Below are positions 1 to 8,739 of a DNA stretch of 64,000 nucleotides, in pieces. This DNA comes from Parcubacteria bacterium RAAC4_OD1_1. Lineage in GTDB: Bacteria; Patescibacteriota; Minisyncoccia; Phycocordibacterales; UBA9973. Position 1 is the first letter of the stretch. Each line of letters starts with the position of its first letter. The notes under the pieces were generated by a model, which saw only the letters and a program-made list of their open reading frames with translations, did not search any database and was not told where the DNA came from. The DNA lies in the NCBI GenBank assembly GCA_000505065.1, contig AWSN01000001.1:626577-690576 (forward strand), given 5' to 3'. Position numbers and translations under genes: made by a program.

Positions 1-56
1 ATAGTTTAAAAACATCCGACAAAGAAAAAAAACATATATCTCCATTTACAAAATGG

Positions 57-1355
57 ATGATCATTTTTCTTGTTTTTATTTCTATTATTTTTGGTTTTTA
101 TATTGCCATATCTAAAGATTATATAAAAATTCCTGAAATCAATTTCAGGAATATTCCTATTCTTGGTGGTGATCTTAATAAAATTTTAATTTCTAGAATC
201 GAAAAAATAGAAAATTCACAATTTTATAAAATTGAATCAGATGTTTTAATTAAAAGCAGTGGTAATTTAAAGATGGATTTTATTTCTGGTAATGTTTCTT
301 TATATAATTTTCCAGAAGAGGTAAGGTGGCATACGCTAGGTATTTATGAAAATCTTTCACCATCTCTCATTTCTTTTGATAGTTTATCTACTATTTTAAG
401 TGATTCTTGGTTAAATAAAGTTGTGGTTAATCTTAAACATAATGGGTCAACTTTATATATACCAATTGAATCTCTTTCTATGTTGGTAGAGATGATCAAT
501 CCTTCTTCAGAATTTGTAGCAATAGAAGATGATAAAATTAATGAATTTATAAATACTATTACTAATAATAATTTTGGGGATAGTATTGGTGCTGAAAATA
601 TTTTAGTTAATGGTGTTTCAGATTTTCTTTATCAAAATATAAAACAAATATATTCTAGTACAGAATTTAATATTTTAGAAAAAGATGGAGATATTATAAA
701 AGATAAAAAAGTTCGATATTTTGAAGTTGTACCTACAGATCCATCATTAGGAGGAATTTTAAATACTGTTATCAAGGGGTCAAAAGTTAATTCTTTTGAA
801 TTTTGGACAGATGAAGATGAAGAAATATTTAAATATCGAATCTCTTTAAGTGTCCCAGCCTCATATATTTCTAAAAGCTCTTCTGAGTTTTTGAAAGTTG
901 AGATTTCTTCAACATTTTATGACATAAATGGAACTAGTATTGTTAATCCACCAGAGAATTTTATAAAAATGGATGATATTTTGATAAATATTAATGATAT
1001 AAAAAATAGAGATGCAATATCTTCTTTTAAAAATCTTGCTGATGAATTTTATAATATTTCAAGTTCTTATGGTAAAAAACCAAACAATACTGGAAGTTGC
1101 TCGTCACCATTGGATGGATCTTTGTTTTCATCCTTGGGTCATGGGGAGGATTTGCAAATAGTAGTAGGGGATATAAAGAATAAAATTAATGAACTTAATA
1201 TTTCTTTGGGGGAGAATATTTTTTGTTATTCTACCGCAGGGGCATGGGCCATCTCTGTGCCATTAGAAACAGATTCATCTTTATATTGGTGTACAGATAA
1301 TACTGGAGAAACAATAAAAACTACAAATAAATTATCTTCTGCATTTTGCCAATAA
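57..1355 (+). CDS. hypothetical protein with N-terminal transmembrane helix and no recognisable domain
   Basis: Complete 432-aa ORF. Hydrophobic N-terminus (IIFLVFISIIFGFYIAI); the rest is polar and Asn/Ser/Ile-rich. Confidence 0.4.
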   Translation: MIIFLVFISIIFGFYIAISKDYIKIPEINFRNIPILGGDLNKILISRIEKIENSQFYKIESDVLIKSSGNLKMDFISGNVSLYNFPEEVRWHTLGIYENLSPSLISFDSLSTILSDSWLNKVVVNLKHNGSTLYIPIESLSMLVEMINPSSEFVAIEDDKINEFINTITNNNFGDSIGAENILVNGVSDFLYQNIKQIYSSTEFNILEKDGDIIKDKKVRYFEVVPTDPSLGGILNTVIKGSKVNSFEFWTDEDEEIFKYRISLSVPASYISKSSSEFLKVEISSTFYDINGTSIVNPPENFIKMDDILININDIKNRDAISSFKNLADEFYNISSSYGKKPNNTGSCSSPLDGSLFSSLGHGEDLQIVVGDIKNKINELNISLGENIFCYSTAGAWAISVPLETDSSLYWCTDNTGETIKTTNKLSSAFCQ

Positions 1356-1409
1356 TAAGACCCTAGATTTTTTAGGTTTTTTCTGGTATAAATGAAAAGT
1401 TGGTAATAT

Positions 1410-1483
1410 GGTGCCTATAGTGTAATGGTTAGCACTAGAGTTTGTGGAACTCTCAGTCTGGGTTCAAATCCCAGTAGGCACCC
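1410..1483 (+). tRNA. tRNA-His (anticodon GTG) with encoded G-1
   Basis: Cloverleaf folded by hand. 8-bp acceptor GGTGCCTA/TAGGCACC, where the extra 5' G pairs with C73 as in tRNA-His. D-stem GTGT/GCAC. Anticodon stem AGAGT/ACTCT with loop TTGTGGA (U33, GTG, G37). T-arm CTGGG-TTCAAAT-CCCAG. Confidence 0.75.
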
Positions 1484-1671
1484 AAACAACAAATTCCCCT
1501 GAATAGGGGGATTTTGTTTGGGTGCCTAAGCAAGCAAACTGCTTTGTTTACGTCTGGGATTTGAAGACCCTGAACCTAGATTTTGAAATTTTAATTTCAA
1601 AATCTGTGAAGGGTGTATAGATTCTGTAAGAATCAAAAAGTGTACCCACGGTCCAGAGTAGGCACCCAAAA
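1476..1671. repeat. three copies of the tRNA-His 3'-end sequence (GTAGGCACCCAAA) within 200 bp
   Basis: Direct copies at 1476-1488 and 1659-1671. An inverted copy TTTGGGTGCCTAA at 1518-1530. Confidence 0.4.
1496..1520 (+). terminator. intrinsic terminator after tRNA-His
   Basis: CCCCT-gaata-GGGGG hairpin followed by ATTTTGTTT. Confidence 0.45.
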
Positions 1672-1760
1672 TAAAACCTTTTAAATTAATTTTTTTAGTA
1701 GTCCGACTACTAAAATTTAAATTTGTGCTATAATCGAGAAAAATTTTAAAAACCAAAATT

Positions 1761-1943
1761 ATGAAAATAAGAAAGATTTTTGGGGCTATTTTAATAATCG
1801 TAGCTATTTTGGGGGTTATTTTTATTGTTATATATAAAGAATCTCTAGAGGGAAATTATTTACCATGGGTTGATTTGCTTGTACTTGTGGTTGGGGCTGA
1901 ACTACTTTGGCCTAGCAAAAAGAAATCAGAAAAAGAAAAATGA
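1761..1943 (+). CDS. small membrane protein, hypothetical
   Basis: 60-aa ORF with one hydrophobic helix. Extended -10 (TGC TATAAT at 1726-1734) upstream; stop TGA followed by the hairpin GACCAC...GTGGTC at 1946-1975. Confidence 0.35.
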   Translation: MKIRKIFGAILIIVAILGVIFIVIYKESLEGNYLPWVDLLVLVVGAELLWPSKKKSEKEK

Positions 1944-2023
1944 TTGACCACTTTTTATAAAGGTGGTCTTTTCTTTTTATTCTTTGTATAATGTATAGAC
2001 ATTAGTAATAATCTCAAAATTTT

Positions 2024-2425
2024 ATGTTAAAAGGATTTAAACAATTTATATTAAGGGGGAATGTGGTGGATCTTGCAGTTGGTGTTGTTATCGGAGCATC
2101 GTTTGGGACACTTGTAAATTCTTTGGTAAAAGATTTGCTCACCCCATTTATCAGTGCTATTTTTAAAGCCCCTGATTTTTCTGGGCTCTCATTTATTATC
2201 AATGGCAGTAATTTTATGTATGGTAACTTTTTAAATGCAGTTATTGCTTTTCTTTTAGTATCTATTGCTGTTTATTTTTTTGTTGTCACTCCTATTAATA
2301 CTTTGATTTCAAAAACAAGAAAAGAAAAACCGATTGATCCTACCACTAAAAAATGTCAGTTCTGTATGAGTGAAATAAATATAGATGCAAAAAAGTGCCC
2401 ATTTTGTACTAGTATTCTTAGTTAG
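2024..2425 (+). CDS. mscL: large-conductance mechanosensitive channel MscL with C-terminal CxxC...CxxC extension
   Basis: N-terminus MLKGFKQFILRGNVVDLAVGVVIGASFG is the MscL TM1 signature; second TM follows. Tail CQFCMSEINIDAKKCPFC is a zinc-ribbon-like addition. Confidence 0.8.
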   Translation: MLKGFKQFILRGNVVDLAVGVVIGASFGTLVNSLVKDLLTPFISAIFKAPDFSGLSFIINGSNFMYGNFLNAVIAFLLVSIAVYFFVVTPINTLISKTRKEKPIDPTTKKCQFCMSEINIDAKKCPFCTSILS

Positions 2426-2443
2426 TTCATATATTATAGTAAG

Positions 2444-2941
2444 ATGGTTAAAAAAATAAAGAAAAAAAAAGAGATAAGAGCTAAAAATAAAAAAGAAATT
2501 ATTGTTATGATTTCTGGTGGTTTTGATCCAATTCATATTGGACATATTCGTTATATAAAGGAAGCAAAAAAACTTGGAGATTATTTGGTTGTTGTGATAA
2601 ATAATGACAATTGGCTTCGTGTGAAAAAAGGTAAAGAATTTATGGGAGAATTAGAAAGAAAGGAGATTATAGAAGCGATCGCTGGGGTGGATGAAGTCAT
2701 AATATCCAAGCATTGTAAAAATACAAAAGATATGAGTGTTTGCGAAGAAATTAAACTTATAAAGCCAGACATCTTTGCAAACGGTGGAGACAGAAAGCCG
2801 TCTTGGGATCCAGTGCCAGAAGTTTCTATTTGTAAAGAACTTGGTATAAAGATGGTCTATAATGTGGGTCGTGGGGGAAAGGTAAAGAGCTCTTCAGAGA
2901 TGCTTAAAAATTATGCAAAGACACTAAAGAAGAATAAATAA
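2444..2941 (+). CDS. cytidylyltransferase-family nucleotidyltransferase (HxGH Rossmann type, TagD/HldE domain II-like)
   Basis: GGFDPIHIGHIRYIKEAKKLGDYLVVVINND matches the (T/H)xGH plus D-Y-L-V-V motif of glycerol-3-P / heptose-1-P nucleotidyltransferases. A Lys-rich 21-aa N-terminus precedes an internal Met at 2507, which may be the true start. Confidence 0.6.
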   Translation: MVKKIKKKKEIRAKNKKEIIVMISGGFDPIHIGHIRYIKEAKKLGDYLVVVINNDNWLRVKKGKEFMGELERKEIIEAIAGVDEVIISKHCKNTKDMSVCEEIKLIKPDIFANGGDRKPSWDPVPEVSICKELGIKMVYNVGRGGKVKSSSEMLKNYAKTLKKNK

Positions 2942-2977
2942 CTTTTAATTATTAAGTGTGTTATAATTAGACAATGG

Positions 2978-3103
2978 ATCCCGTTAGAAGCCGCGGTCAC
3001 AGTTTTTAATAGGATTATTAATTTTAAATTCAAATTATTATTTATAATAATAGCAAGGTTATTGGTTGTTTAATAATTGACCGCGACCTGCTTCTAACGG
3101 GAT
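2978..3103. promoter_or_regulatory. 22-bp imperfect inverted repeat flanking an 80-bp AT-rich spacer; right arm overlaps the cupin start codon
   Basis: Left arm ATCCCGTTAGAAGCCGCGGTCA (2978-2999). Right arm TGACCGCGACCTGCTTCTAACGGGAT (3078-3103), the reverse complement with a 4-nt AGGT insertion. ATG of the next gene is at 3102. Confidence 0.4.
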
Positions 3104-3455
3104 GGAAAAAAATTTAAATATATATGAAGAAGACAGACCTTGGGGGAATTTTCGAAGGTTTACCAACAATGTTTTTTCTACTATAAAAATTTTAAATATA
3201 AAACCAAACGAAGAATTAAGTCTGCAAAGCCACAACAAAAGAGAAGAATTCTGGTATGTAATTTCTGGTAATGGTATTTTTACGATAGGAGATAATAATA
3301 TTCCAGTTAGTGTAGGTAGTGAACATTTTATAAAAATAAAAGAAAAACATAAGATAAAAGCTGGATTTTCTGGTATTAAAATATTAGAAATAGCCTTTGG
3401 AGAATTTGACGAGGGGGATATCATACGTTATGAAGATAAGTATGGGCGTGTTTAA
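3102..3455 (+). CDS. cupin domain protein (type II phosphomannose isomerase-like cupin)
   Basis: DRPWGNFRRF...SLQSHNKREEFWYVISGNG is the cupin_2 / mannose-6-phosphate isomerase C-terminal domain pattern. Confidence 0.6.
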   Translation: MEKNLNIYEEDRPWGNFRRFTNNVFSTIKILNIKPNEELSLQSHNKREEFWYVISGNGIFTIGDNNIPVSVGSEHFIKIKEKHKIKAGFSGIKILEIAFGEFDEGDIIRYEDKYGRV

Positions 3456-3466
3456 ATAAAAATAAA

Positions 3467-4753
3467 ATGGAGAAGAAAATTAAAAAAACAATAAAAAAAA
3501 GAAAACCAACCCTAATCAAGAAGGGGAAGGTTAAAAAGAATGAATCTCCATTTAAAAAGATATATTTTGAAAAAGATAAAATATTTAAACTAAAAGTTAA
3601 ATCAGATAAACCAAAAATTAAAACAAAAAGAGTATTTTCTAAAAAAGATAAAAAAAATTCTATTTTGAAGGATGTTAAAAAGTTAACCAAAGTAGAAAAG
3701 ATAAAACTTGAAAGATCTATCAAAAATCCTATTTTAATACCAAGATCTTATTCTTGGGAATCTCAAGCAGTTTTTAATCCAGCTGTTGTATTATCAAATA
3801 AAATTTTTCATCTATTTTATCGAGCTCTTGGAGATGATGGTATTTCTCGTATTGGATATGCTTCAAGTAAAGATGGGGTAAATTTTTATAATAGATTGTC
3901 TTACCCAGTATATTTTTTAAGTGAAGCAGAGGAAACAAAAGCTCATTGGCCTTTTACTTCTCCTGCGAGAGCTTTATATGATCGTGATTTATACAAATCT
4001 GGTGGTGGCTGGGGTGGATGTGAGGACCCAAGAGGGGTTCTAATAGATGGGGAAGTGTATCTTACTTTAAATATATTTAATGGCTGGAATAATTTAGGAG
4101 TTGCTTTTACTTCTATAAAAGAAGAGGATCTTTTAAAAAAGAAATGGAATTGGAAAAGTTTGAAATATTTGTCACACACAGGTGACAGACAGAAAAACTG
4201 GATGCTTTTTCCTGAAAAGATAAATGATAAATTTGTAGTTTTTCATAATTTAGACAAGGGAAACCCTAATGAAGTTTATATAACTTATACAGATAAACTT
4301 GATTGGAGAAATATGCCCACAATAAAAGATGCTCCAGATCCACAAGTTCTCCCAGATCATATTGTGGCTTGGCATAAGAGGACTAGAAGTGCTTCTGCTC
4401 CACCAATTAAGACAAAATATGGCTGGTTGCTTTTATACCATGCGATGGATAATGATGGTAGTGATAGATACAAATTAGGAGCTATGCTTTTAGATCTTAA
4501 AGACCCCAGAAAGGTTATCTGTCGAGCAGGTAATCCGATATTAGAGCCAGATAAATGGTATGAAAATGATTGGAAACCAGGGATAATATATGCGAGTGGT
4601 GCAGTAGTTAAAAATGGAAAACTTTTTGTTTATTATGGTGGTGGAGATAAGTATATAGGAGTAGCTTCTATAGAATTAGATAAATTAATAGAAGGAATGA
4701 AGAAAAATACTTTTGTTAAATTAGAAAAAAATAAAAAATTAAAAATAAAATAA
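3467..4753 (+). CDS. GH130/DUF377-family glycoside phosphorylase-like beta-propeller protein with ~80-aa Lys-rich N-terminal tail
   Basis: WESQAVFNPAVV, GYASSKDG, CEDPRG and YGGGD blocks are typical of GH130/DUF377. The N-terminus is more than 40% Lys (KKIKKTIKKRKPTLIKKGKVKK...). Confidence 0.6.
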   Translation: MEKKIKKTIKKRKPTLIKKGKVKKNESPFKKIYFEKDKIFKLKVKSDKPKIKTKRVFSKKDKKNSILKDVKKLTKVEKIKLERSIKNPILIPRSYSWESQAVFNPAVVLSNKIFHLFYRALGDDGISRIGYASSKDGVNFYNRLSYPVYFLSEAEETKAHWPFTSPARALYDRDLYKSGGGWGGCEDPRGVLIDGEVYLTLNIFNGWNNLGVAFTSIKEEDLLKKKWNWKSLKYLSHTGDRQKNWMLFPEKINDKFVVFHNLDKGNPNEVYITYTDKLDWRNMPTIKDAPDPQVLPDHIVAWHKRTRSASAPPIKTKYGWLLLYHAMDNDGSDRYKLGAMLLDLKDPRKVICRAGNPILEPDKWYENDWKPGIIYASGAVVKNGKLFVYYGGGDKYIGVASIELDKLIEGMKKNTFVKLEKNKKLKIK

Positions 4754-4756
4754 TTT

Positions 4757-6691
4757 ATGTATGTAGTAAAAAGAAGTGAAGATAATCCAGTTATTACCCC
4801 TAATAGAGATCGTCATTGGGAAGAGTTTGCAACTTTTAATATGTGCCCAGTTAAAAAGGGTAAATATATTTATGGTCTTTATCGAGCAATATCAGCAGTA
4901 GATAGAATAAATGCACAAAAACAGATATCTATAATTGGAATTGGTAAAAGTAAAGACGGTATTCATTTTGAAGATAGAAAACCTTTTATAGAACCAGAAG
5001 AAGAATGGGAAAAATATGGATGTGAAGACCCTCGAGTAATATTTTTTGAAGGAAAGTATTATATTTTTTATACAGCACTTTCAAATTATCCATTTGATGC
5101 AGAGGGGATCAAAGTAGCTGTTGCAATTTCTAATGATTTAAAGAAAATTAATGAAAGACACCTTGTTACACCTTTTAATGCAAAAGCAATGACTCTTTTC
5201 CCTAAAAGAATAAATGGAAAGATAAGAGTAATCTTTTCTGCTCATACAGATATACCTCCTGCAAAAATATCTATGGCTGAGTTAGATAAAATTGAAGATC
5301 TTTGGGACCCATCTTTTTGGAAAAAATGGATGGAGAATTTTGATGATCATACTTTTGATTTTAGAAGGAATATTTATGATCATTTAGAAGTTGGAGCTCC
5401 ACCTGTTTACACAAAAGATGGTTGGCTACTCATTTATTCGCATATTCAAAATTATTTTTCAAATCCTGATAGATTAGAAAAAATTTTTGGAATAGAATCT
5501 TTACTTTTAGATTTAAAAGATCCAAAGAAAATAATAGGAAGAACAAAAGGTCCAATGCTTGTACCTGAAGAACCTTATGAGTTTTCGGGCTATATTCCTA
5601 ATGTTGTTTTTCCAAGTGGAGCATTTATAGATAAAAATATACTTAGAATTTATTATGGAGCAGCAGACACTACTTCTTGTTTTTTTAGTGTTGACCTAAA
5701 TGATCTACTTTCAACTATAAATTACAAAACATCAAAAGATTATTTTTTTAAAAGATATGATAAAAATCCAATTATTTCTCCAATTAAGGAAAATAGTTGG
5801 GAGTCTGTCGCGACATTTAACCCAGCTGCTATAAACTTAGAGGGTAAGACCCATATTCTTTATCGGACGTTATCATCTGACAATACTTCTTTTATAGGAT
5901 ACGCTTCTACTTCCGATGGATTTAATTTAGATGAAAGATATAATGTCCCAATATATTTTCCACGTGAAGATTTTGAAATGAAGAAAATTTCAAATGGTAA
6001 TTCTGGTTGCGAAGATCCAAGAATAACAAAAATTGGTAATAAATTATATCTTTGTTATACAGCCTATAATGGAGTTGATTTCCCTAGAGTTGCTATTTCT
6101 TCAATAAAAGAAAAAGATTTTTTAAATAAAGTTTGGAATTGGGAAAAGCCAATTCTTATAACACCTTCGGGTTTTGATGATAAGGATACTTGTATATTAC
6201 CTGAAAAATTTAAAGATGGATATTTTATTATTCATCGAATAGGAAATGAGGTTTGTGGAGATTATCTTAAAACTCTCGATTTTAGCAAAGAGATAATTGA
6301 TAAATGCATTAGAATATTTGGTCCTCGACCAAACGCTTGGGATAGTGCAAAAGTAGGAATTGCTTCTCCTCCAGTAAAGACAAAATATGGATGGTTGCTT
6401 ATTTATCATGGAGTTTCTAAAAGCCATTCGACTTATAGAGTAGGAGCTATACTTCTTGATTTGAAAGACCCAAGTATTGTTCTTGCACGTGGGTCAGATG
6501 CAATCTTTGAACCAGAAGAAGAATATGAAAAAGTAGGAATTATAAATAATGTTGTTTTCCCTTGCGGACTTATTGTAAAAGGAAATACTATTTATATTTA
6601 TTACGGAGGAGCTGATAAAGTAATAGGAGTTGCCACAATGAAGCTTTCTGTTGTTCTTGGAGCATTAAAAAGAGGATCTAAACTCAAATAA
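4757..6691 (+). CDS. tandem double GH130/DUF377 domain protein
   Basis: Two consecutive copies of the same domain: CEDPRV near aa 98, then CEDPRI near aa 418 with a second WESVATFNPAA. Both end in YYGGAD. Confidence 0.6.
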   Translation: MYVVKRSEDNPVITPNRDRHWEEFATFNMCPVKKGKYIYGLYRAISAVDRINAQKQISIIGIGKSKDGIHFEDRKPFIEPEEEWEKYGCEDPRVIFFEGKYYIFYTALSNYPFDAEGIKVAVAISNDLKKINERHLVTPFNAKAMTLFPKRINGKIRVIFSAHTDIPPAKISMAELDKIEDLWDPSFWKKWMENFDDHTFDFRRNIYDHLEVGAPPVYTKDGWLLIYSHIQNYFSNPDRLEKIFGIESLLLDLKDPKKIIGRTKGPMLVPEEPYEFSGYIPNVVFPSGAFIDKNILRIYYGAADTTSCFFSVDLNDLLSTINYKTSKDYFFKRYDKNPIISPIKENSWESVATFNPAAINLEGKTHILYRTLSSDNTSFIGYASTSDGFNLDERYNVPIYFPREDFEMKKISNGNSGCEDPRITKIGNKLYLCYTAYNGVDFPRVAISSIKEKDFLNKVWNWEKPILITPSGFDDKDTCILPEKFKDGYFIIHRIGNEVCGDYLKTLDFSKEIIDKCIRIFGPRPNAWDSAKVGIASPPVKTKYGWLLIYHGVSKSHSTYRVGAILLDLKDPSIVLARGSDAIFEPEEEYEKVGIINNVVFPCGLIVKGNTIYIYYGGADKVIGVATMKLSVVLGALKRGSKLK

Positions 6692-6729
6692 ATTTGATTT
6701 AAAATTAATTAAATGATAAACCATTATAT

Positions 6730-8502
6730 ATGGTAGATAGATATTTTAGCTTAAACAAAAAGCTTGTTTTAAAATTTTATATAAAAGTAATTAGTAAATT
6801 TAAATTGGCGTTTTTTACTATAGTTTTTGCTACTTCAATAGCTGCAGCTCTTGATATTTATATACCACTTAAGGTCCTTAAATTATGGGAGATCTTGAAT
6901 AGTAATGACTTTTCTCTTGTTCCTGAGGCTCAAAAAATAGTTATTATGATACTAGTTTTGGGTCTTTTGAGGTGGATAATAAGAAGATCTTCTAGTTTTC
7001 TTAATTCATATTTCCAAGCAAATTGCATCGCAAATCTAAGAAAGCAAGCCTTCTTTTATTTGATAGGGCATTCACATAGCTTTTTTGTTAATAATTTTGC
7101 TGGGTCGCTTCTTCAAAAAGTAAATAAATATGCTAGAGCTTTTGAGAGACTTATGGATTCTTTTTTTGATAATATCATCCCTCTTGTTGTACGTTTTACT
7201 GGAACGATCATAGCTATATACACTCTTATTCCCAAATATTCTTATATTCTTTTTGTGTTTAGTGTTTTATTTATAGTTACAGCTTTTATTTATACTAAAT
7301 TAAAATTAAAGTATGACATTATTTCAGCAGAAGCAGATACTAAAACCACAGGTGCACTTTCTGATTCGATAGGGAACCATTCGTCCATACAACTTTTCAC
7401 AGGTTATGATTATGAAAAAGAAAAAGTAGGTGAAGTTATAAATAAACAAAAAAATGCAACTTTAACTAATTGGTATTTGTGGTCAGGGCTCAGTATGATT
7501 CAAACTTTTTATACTGTAATTGTGGAATCTTTTATTTTGTGGATAAATATTAAAGATTGGTCTTTGGGCCTCATTACACTTCCCGTGATTGTTCTTATCC
7601 AAAGTTATTATGGTAGGTTAGTAGAAAATCTTTGGAGTTTTCACACCATTATTAAAACTTTCTATGATGGTTTTTCAGACGCAAGAGAAATGGCCCTGAT
7701 ACTTGATAAACCATATGATATAAAAGATAACAATCAAAAAGTTTTGGAAAATGTAAAAGGAGTAATTGATTTTCAAAATGTCACTTATGTTTATGAAAAT
7801 AACAATCAAAAAGTTTTTGATAATTTTTCTTTGACGATAAAAAGTGGTGAACGCATAGCTCTCGTGGGGACTTCAGGAGCTGGTAAGTCTACCTTTGTGA
7901 AATTATTAATGAGACTTTTTGATTTAAAAGATGGAAAAATTTTAATAGATGGAGTTGATATTAAGGAAGTTAATCAAGATAATTTAAGAGAAAATATTAG
8001 TTTTGTTCCTCAAGATCCAGCACTTTTCCATAGAAGTTTGATGGAAAATATAAGATATGGTAAAAGAGGGGCGACAGACGAAGAGGTAATAAAAGCTTCT
8101 TTACTTTCTAATTGTGATCAATTTATTAAAAATCTACCAGAAGGATATAATACTTATGTAGGAGAACGTGGAGTGAAACTCTCTGGCGGGGAGCGTCAGC
8201 GTGTGGCTATCGCCCGAGCTATTCTTAAGAATGCCCCTATTCTTATTCTTGATGAAGCGACTTCAGCTTTAGATTCAGAGTCTGAAATGCTTATTCAAGA
8301 TGCACTTCATAACCTTATTAAAGATAAAACGGTAATTGTAATAGCTCACAGACTTTCAACCATAAGAAAAATGGACAGAATTATCGTTATAGAGCAAGGA
8401 AAAATAATAGAAGATGGTAATCATCAAGAACTTTTGTCTAAAAAAGATGGTATTTATAAGAAGCTTTGGGATATTCAAGCTGGTGGATTTGAAATAAAAT
8501 AG
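6730..8502 (+). CDS. ABC exporter, fused permease/ATPase (MsbA/ABCB-like)
   Basis: N-terminal six-helix TMD, then Walker A GTSGAGKST, signature [14 protein letters not shown] and Walker B ILILDEATSALD. Confidence 0.8.
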   Translation: MVDRYFSLNKKLVLKFYIKVISKFKLAFFTIVFATSIAAALDIYIPLKVLKLWEILNSNDFSLVPEAQKIVIMILVLGLLRWIIRRSSSFLNSYFQANCIANLRKQAFFYLIGHSHSFFVNNFAGSLLQKVNKYARAFERLMDSFFDNIIPLVVRFTGTIIAIYTLIPKYSYILFVFSVLFIVTAFIYTKLKLKYDIISAEADTKTTGALSDSIGNHSSIQLFTGYDYEKEKVGEVINKQKNATLTNWYLWSGLSMIQTFYTVIVESFILWINIKDWSLGLITLPVIVLIQSYYGRLVENLWSFHTIIKTFYDGFSDAREMALILDKPYDIKDNNQKVLENVKGVIDFQNVTYVYENNNQKVFDNFSLTIKSGERIALVGTSGAGKSTFVKLLMRLFDLKDGKILIDGVDIKEVNQDNLRENISFVPQDPALFHRSLMENIRYGKRGATDEEVIKASLLSNCDQFIKNLPEGYNTYVGERGVKLSGGERQRVAIARAILKNAPILILDEATSALDSESEMLIQDALHNLIKDKTVIVIAHRLSTIRKMDRIIVIEQGKIIEDGNHQELLSKKDGIYKKLWDIQAGGFEIK

Positions 8503-8520
8503 AATTTTAAGCTTTGTAAG

Positions 8521-8557
8521 ATTTTGTCTAAAATTTAAAAAATTTTGTCCAAAAATA
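8521..8557 (+). promoter_or_regulatory. direct repeat ATTTTGTCYAAAAWT x2 upstream of nrdJ, possible operator
   Basis: attttgtctaaaattt (8521-8536) and aattttgtccaaaaat (8542-8557), about two helical turns apart. TTGACG and TATAAT promoter-like hexamers lie downstream. Confidence 0.25.
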
Positions 8558-8739
8558 ACCTTTAATAATAGTGTTTTCACAGATTTTTTTTATTTTTTTT
8601 AAAAAATGTATTGACGATTTTTTAAAATTTAGACATACTTGTCATTTTTTAATGATAAACCTTTTAATATTTTTTTTATAGGGGTATAATGTATTCCCGT
8701 AAAGTTCTCGGGGCTATTATTAACTAAAAATTTATATTT

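Noticed and set aside
1590-1675. Possible second tRNA downstream of tRNA-His, on either strand.
   Set aside because: Shares the 3' end TAGGCACCCA, but no acceptor, D, anticodon or T arms can be paired on either strand. Treated as a remnant or repeat.
8503-8739. Looked for a cobalamin riboswitch or palindromic NrdR boxes upstream of nrdJ.
   Set aside because: Only AT-rich promoter-like sequence and two direct (not palindromic) repeats. No conserved riboswitch core.
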